A stretch of 61,038 bases of DNA, filler included. It is 4 parts of 4 records of this genome, joined end to end, with 100 filler letters (N's around TTAATTAATTAA, not from the genome) between each part and the next. Parts side by side here need not be neighbours in the genome. Positions count along the whole stretch, not along the records: positions 55,564 to 61,038 come from SRR31156797_13116; 3 more parts are not named here. One strand, given 5' to 3'. Position numbers and translations under genes: made by a program. Positions 58,851 through 61,038 of this stretch are shown in pieces. The notes under the pieces were generated by a model, which was not told the DNA's origin, ran no database searches, and worked only from the letters and a program-made list of their open reading frames with translations. Numbering within the stretch: the first letter of the stretch is position 1; each line of letters begins with the position of its first letter.

Positions 58851-61038
58851 GTGGGAGACTTATCCTTGGAAATCGAAGATATGTTCACTGAGCATAATAG
58901 TTCCGTAGAAGGGCTTTCAGAGCAGGAAGCACTTGAAAGACTGGAAACGTACGGAAAGAACGAGCTTGAGGAGAAAGAAAAGACAACAGCTCTGAAAGTT
59001 CTTGCCGGTCAGTTTGTGAACCTGATCATATGGGTGCTCGTGGCTGCTGCAGTTATTTCCCTGGTTATTGACGAAGTTGTTGATTTCTGGGTAATAATGT
59101 TTACAATTACCGTAGTCATTGTTCTTGGTTTCATTCAGGAATACAGGGCTGAGAAAGCAATGGAAGCTCTCAAAAGCATTGTACAGCCTGAAACAACCGT
59201 AATGAGAAACAAGAAACTCCAGAAAATACCAACATCTGAGGTAGTCCCCGGAGAAATTCTTGTACTTGAAACGGGAGATAAAGTGCCTGCGGATGCCATT
59301 GTATTTGATGCAATTGCCCTGAAAATTGATGAATCCGCCCTTACAGGGGAAAGTGTCCCTGTTGGAAAAATAGAAAAGGAAAGTGTCTTTGCCGGTACAC
59401 AGATCGTGCATGGAAAATGCAGGGCCATTGTCACAGAAACCGGAATGCAGACTAAAATAGGTCAGATCGCCAGTCTCATACAAAGAAAAGATGAAAATAC
59501 TCCCCTTCAGGTAAAGATCACAAAACTCTCCCTGACTCTCGCAATACTGGCAGTACTGGCTTCTGCAATCACTTTTGCCATCGGAATATACATAGGAGCG
59601 CCTTTTGCAGACATGCTTCTGATATCACTTGCCCTTGCCGTTGCTGCTGTTCCCGAAGGATTACCTCTTACACTTACAATCACCCTTGCTTATGGTATGA
59701 AAAAGATGGCAGGAAAAAATGCCATCATACGAAAAATGCTTGCTGTTGAGACACTTGGTTCCACTACAGTAATCTGTACCGATAAGACAGGAACCCTTAC
59801 AAAGAACGAAATGACCGTTGAGAAGATACTTGTCAGCAGTAACGTCATTGAACTGACAGGTGCCGGATATGTTCCAAAGGGTGATTTCCTGAAAAGAGGT
59901 GACCACGTTAATATTGCAGAGGAACCCACCACCCAAAAGTTGCTCAAAGGCATATCCCTTTGCAACAATTCTTCTATCCAGAAAAAACAGGATCAATGGG
60001 AAGTTGTAGGGGACCCCACAGAGATAGCACTAACGGTTGCTGCTGCAAAAGCTGACATGTGGAAGGATGATCTTGAAAATGATTATGAAATGGTTGAAGA
60101 GATCGTTTTCACATCTGAAAGGAAAATAATGACCACCATCCACAACATGGCAGATGGAAAGATTTCTTTTACCAAAGGTGCTCCTGAATTTGTACTTCCG
60201 CAATGTAATAGTATTGAAAAGAACGGCGAACTCCACCCAATCACAGAGCAGGACAGGGAAAGGATACTGGAGAAGAACCTGGAGTTTGCAAGCTCAGCAT
60301 ATCGCGTACTGGCAGTGGCATGCAAGGAAAGTCACGAAAAGAAGATGGACGGGGACTTTGAGAAAGATATGACCTTCCTTGGACTTGTGGCCATGATAGA
60401 TCCGCCACGTGAAGAAGTGAAGGATGCAATCGAAATGTGCAAAAAAGCAGGCATCCAGGTCATCATGATAACCGGGGACAACCAGGAAACTGCAAAAGCC
60501 ATCGGAAGAAGCATAGGACTCTTTGCCGATAAGGACGGGTGTGGAGTTTATGAGGATGAGAAACTGCGACGTATAGCAAAGGACTGTGCCGTCACTGGTG
60601 ATGAACTTGAAGAACTCAACGACGAGGAATTTGACATCGTTGTTGAGAACATCCACGTGTACGCAAGGACCATGCCGGAACAGAAACTCAGGATCGTAGA
60701 CACACTACAGAAAAAAGGACACATTGTTGCCATGACAGGCGATGGTGTTAATGATGCTCCAGCACTTAAAAAAGCAGATATTGGCATCGCAATGGGAATT
60801 AAAGGGACAGACGTGGCAAAGGAATCAAGCGTGATGATATTGCAGGATGACAACTTTGCGACAATAGTTGAAGCAGTACGTGGTGGCCGAACCATCTACA
60901 ATAACATCGAGAAATTCATAACATACCTGATATCAAGGAATTTTACTCTGATTATACTTATCATGGCAGGAATTACCCTGCTTGGTTTTGACCTGATACC
61001 GTTGCTGGCTTTGCAGATACTTTTCATCAACATGTTCA
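58851..61038 (+). CDS. P-type cation-transporting ATPase, type II (Ca2+-like), 3'-partial
   Basis: Absent from the ORF track because it has no stop in the window. GTG 58851; GLS.EA..RL..YG.NEL, LTGES, AAVPEGL, CTDKTGTLT, KGAPE, MITGD, TGDGVNDAPAL. Confidence 0.93.
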   Translation, partial: MGDLSLEIEDMFTEHNSSVEGLSEQEALERLETYGKNELEEKEKTTALKVLAGQFVNLIIWVLVAAAVISLVIDEVVDFWVIMFTITVVIVLGFIQEYRAEKAMEALKSIVQPETTVMRNKKLQKIPTSEVVPGEILVLETGDKVPADAIVFDAIALKIDESALTGESVPVGKIEKESVFAGTQIVHGKCRAIVTETGMQTKIGQIASLIQRKDENTPLQVKITKLSLTLAILAVLASAITFAIGIYIGAPFADMLLISLALAVAAVPEGLPLTLTITLAYGMKKMAGKNAIIRKMLAVETLGSTTVICTDKTGTLTKNEMTVEKILVSSNVIELTGAGYVPKGDFLKRGDHVNIAEEPTTQKLLKGISLCNNSSIQKKQDQWEVVGDPTEIALTVAAAKADMWKDDLENDYEMVEEIVFTSERKIMTTIHNMADGKISFTKGAPEFVLPQCNSIEKNGELHPITEQDRERILEKNLEFASSAYRVLAVACKESHEKKMDGDFEKDMTFLGLVAMIDPPREEVKDAIEMCKKAGIQVIMITGDNQETAKAIGRSIGLFADKDGCGVYEDEKLRRIAKDCAVTGDELEELNDEEFDIVVENIHVYARTMPEQKLRIVDTLQKKGHIVAMTGDGVNDAPALKKADIGIAMGIKGTDVAKESSVMILQDDNFATIVEAVRGGRTIYNNIEKFITYLISRNFTLIILIMAGITLLGFDLIPLLALQILFINMF

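Overview
The window joins four unrelated contigs with identical 100-bp N44-TTAATTAATTAA-N44 linkers (17982-18081, 44715-44814, 55464-55563), so gene context must not be read across them. Taxonomic labels are inferred from gene content and composition. (1) 1-17981, very AT-rich anaerobic bacterium: NifB/NifX and MinD-Fer4 ATPase operon, CBM-bearing GH3 glucosidase, a methyltransferase behind a ~400-nt attenuator-like leader, an MCP, marR-lon, two CheY-like paralogs and orphan solute-binding proteins. (2) 18082-44714, Desulfobacterota-like: TRAP permease, rhlB, rpsA and rlmKL. These are followed by the best novel-system candidate, a translationally coupled four-gene operon: an unknown protein, two DUF2791/BrxD-like ATPases and a ~1900-aa Lhr helicase/Cas4-RecB-like nuclease/Upf1-Dna2-like helicase fusion. 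It resembles but does not match Shango or type 2 BREX. Next come decayed genes, then a second candidate: an ECF sigma/anti-sigma-headed envelope cluster with a MotA/TolQ-like and MotB/TolR-like pair, a lytic transglycosylase and several unknown exported proteins. (3) 44815-55463, Bacteroidota-like housekeeping genes (gldE, gldD, PPTase, zwf, pgl, dinB, OmpA family, rlmD). (4) 55564-61038, Methanosarcinales-like archaeon: CBS protein, CPA2 antiporter, a PAS protein apparently starting at ATC, a Bacteroidota-like PfkB kinase and a partial P-type ATPase. No rRNA, tRNA, CRISPR array or transposase was recognised. All family calls are from motif recognition by eye; no searches were run.
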